NCBI GenBank assembly: GCA_002269645.1
Contig: NIVC01002778.1
Coordinates: 62,001 to 126,000, forward strand
From: Macrostomum lignano
Taxonomy: Eukaryota
DNA length: 64,000 bases
Direction: 5' to 3'
Under the pieces are notes generated by a model, which searched no databases, was not told the DNA's origin, and saw only the letters and a list, made by a program, of their open reading frames with translations. The translations under genes and the position numbers were made by a program. This document shows positions 63,065 to 64,000 of this stretch, one piece after another. Within the stretch, counting starts at the first letter, position 1. Each line of letters starts with the position of its first letter.

Positions 63065-64000
63065 AACTTGGATTGGCTGTGTGTGGGGATTTGGACTGGC
63101 TGTCTGTGGGGATTTGGATTGGCTGTGTGTGGGGATTTGGACTGGCTGTCTGTGGGGATTTGGATTGGCTGTGTGTGGGGATTTGGACTGGCTGTCTGTG
63201 GGGATTTGGATTGGCTGTGTGTGGGGATTTGGACTGGCTGTCTGTGGGGATTTGGATTGACTGTGTGTGGGGATTTGGACTGGCTGTCTGTGGGGATTTG
63301 GATTGACTGTGTGTGGGGATTTGGACTGGCTGTCTGTGGGGATTTGGATTGGCTGTCTGTGAGGACTTGGATTGGCTGTCTGTGAGAACTTGGATTGGCT
63401 GTCTGTGAGGATTTGGATTGACTGTCTGTGAGAACTTGGATTGGCTGTCTGTGAGAACTTGGATTGGCTGTCTGTGAGAACTTGGATTGGCTGTCTGTGA
63501 GGATTTGGATTGACTGTGTGTGGGGATTTGGACTGGCTGTCTGTGGGGATTTGGATTGGCTGTCTGTGAGGATTTGGACTGACTGTCTGTGAGGATTTGG
63601 ACTGGTTGTCTGTGAGGATTTGGACTGGCTGTCTGTGGGGATTTGGACTGGCTGTCTGTGAGGATTTGGATTGACTGTCTGTGAGGATTTGGACTGGCTG
63701 TCTGTGAGGATTTGGACTGGTTGTCTGTGAGGATTTGGACTGGCTGTCTGTGGGGATTTGGACTGGTTGTCTGTGAGGATTTGGGCTGACTGTCTGTGAG
63801 GATTTGGACTGGTTGTCTGTGAGGATTTGGATTGGCTGTCTGTGGGGATTTGGACTGGCTGTCTGTGAGGATTTGGATTGGCTGTCTGTGGGGATTTGGA
63901 CTGGCTGTCTGTGGGGATTTGGACTGGTTGTCTGTGAGGATTTGGACTGGCTGTCTGTGGGGATTTGGACTGGCTGTCTGTTGGGATTTGGACTGGTTGT
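63065..64000. repeat. 23 bp minisatellite (GTGGGGATTTGGACTGGCTGTCT) in an upstream OGDH intron
   Basis: Directly visible; runs off the end of the window. Confidence 0.95.

Overview
Eukaryotic (animal, probably invertebrate) genomic DNA, very rich in repeats. The GC-rich coding exons and minisatellite-filled introns resemble a flatworm such as Macrostomum, but that is only an impression. Genes: three otopetrin (OTOP, 12-TM proton channel family) paralogs, three copies of an unannotated two-exon Ala-rich gene, and the 3' six exons of 2-oxoglutarate dehydrogenase E1 (OGDH, minus strand). OTOP-A (minus) and OTOP-B (plus) lie in a large old inverted duplication (about 1-11.8 kb versus 18.3-34.5 kb). 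OTOP-A is split in TM3 by a precise 6.2 kb tandem of Helitron-like TC...CTAG elements. OTOP-B has lost its first exon. A short first coding exon ending ...EGNAPQQ|GT is shared by OTOP-A and OTOP-C. In the A/B lineage the Ala-rich gene lies between that exon and the channel exon, on the same strand and in compatible splice phase, so one locus could make either a soluble helical protein or a proton channel. Other elements: a full-length BEL/Pao retrotransposon inside a LINE, Gypsy and SINE insertions inside a Penelope-like element, a MITE, a probable solo LTR and many minisatellites. Two of the OGDH intronic minisatellites are amplified copies of the intron's own splice sites. All coordinates were read by eye and may be off by a few bases.
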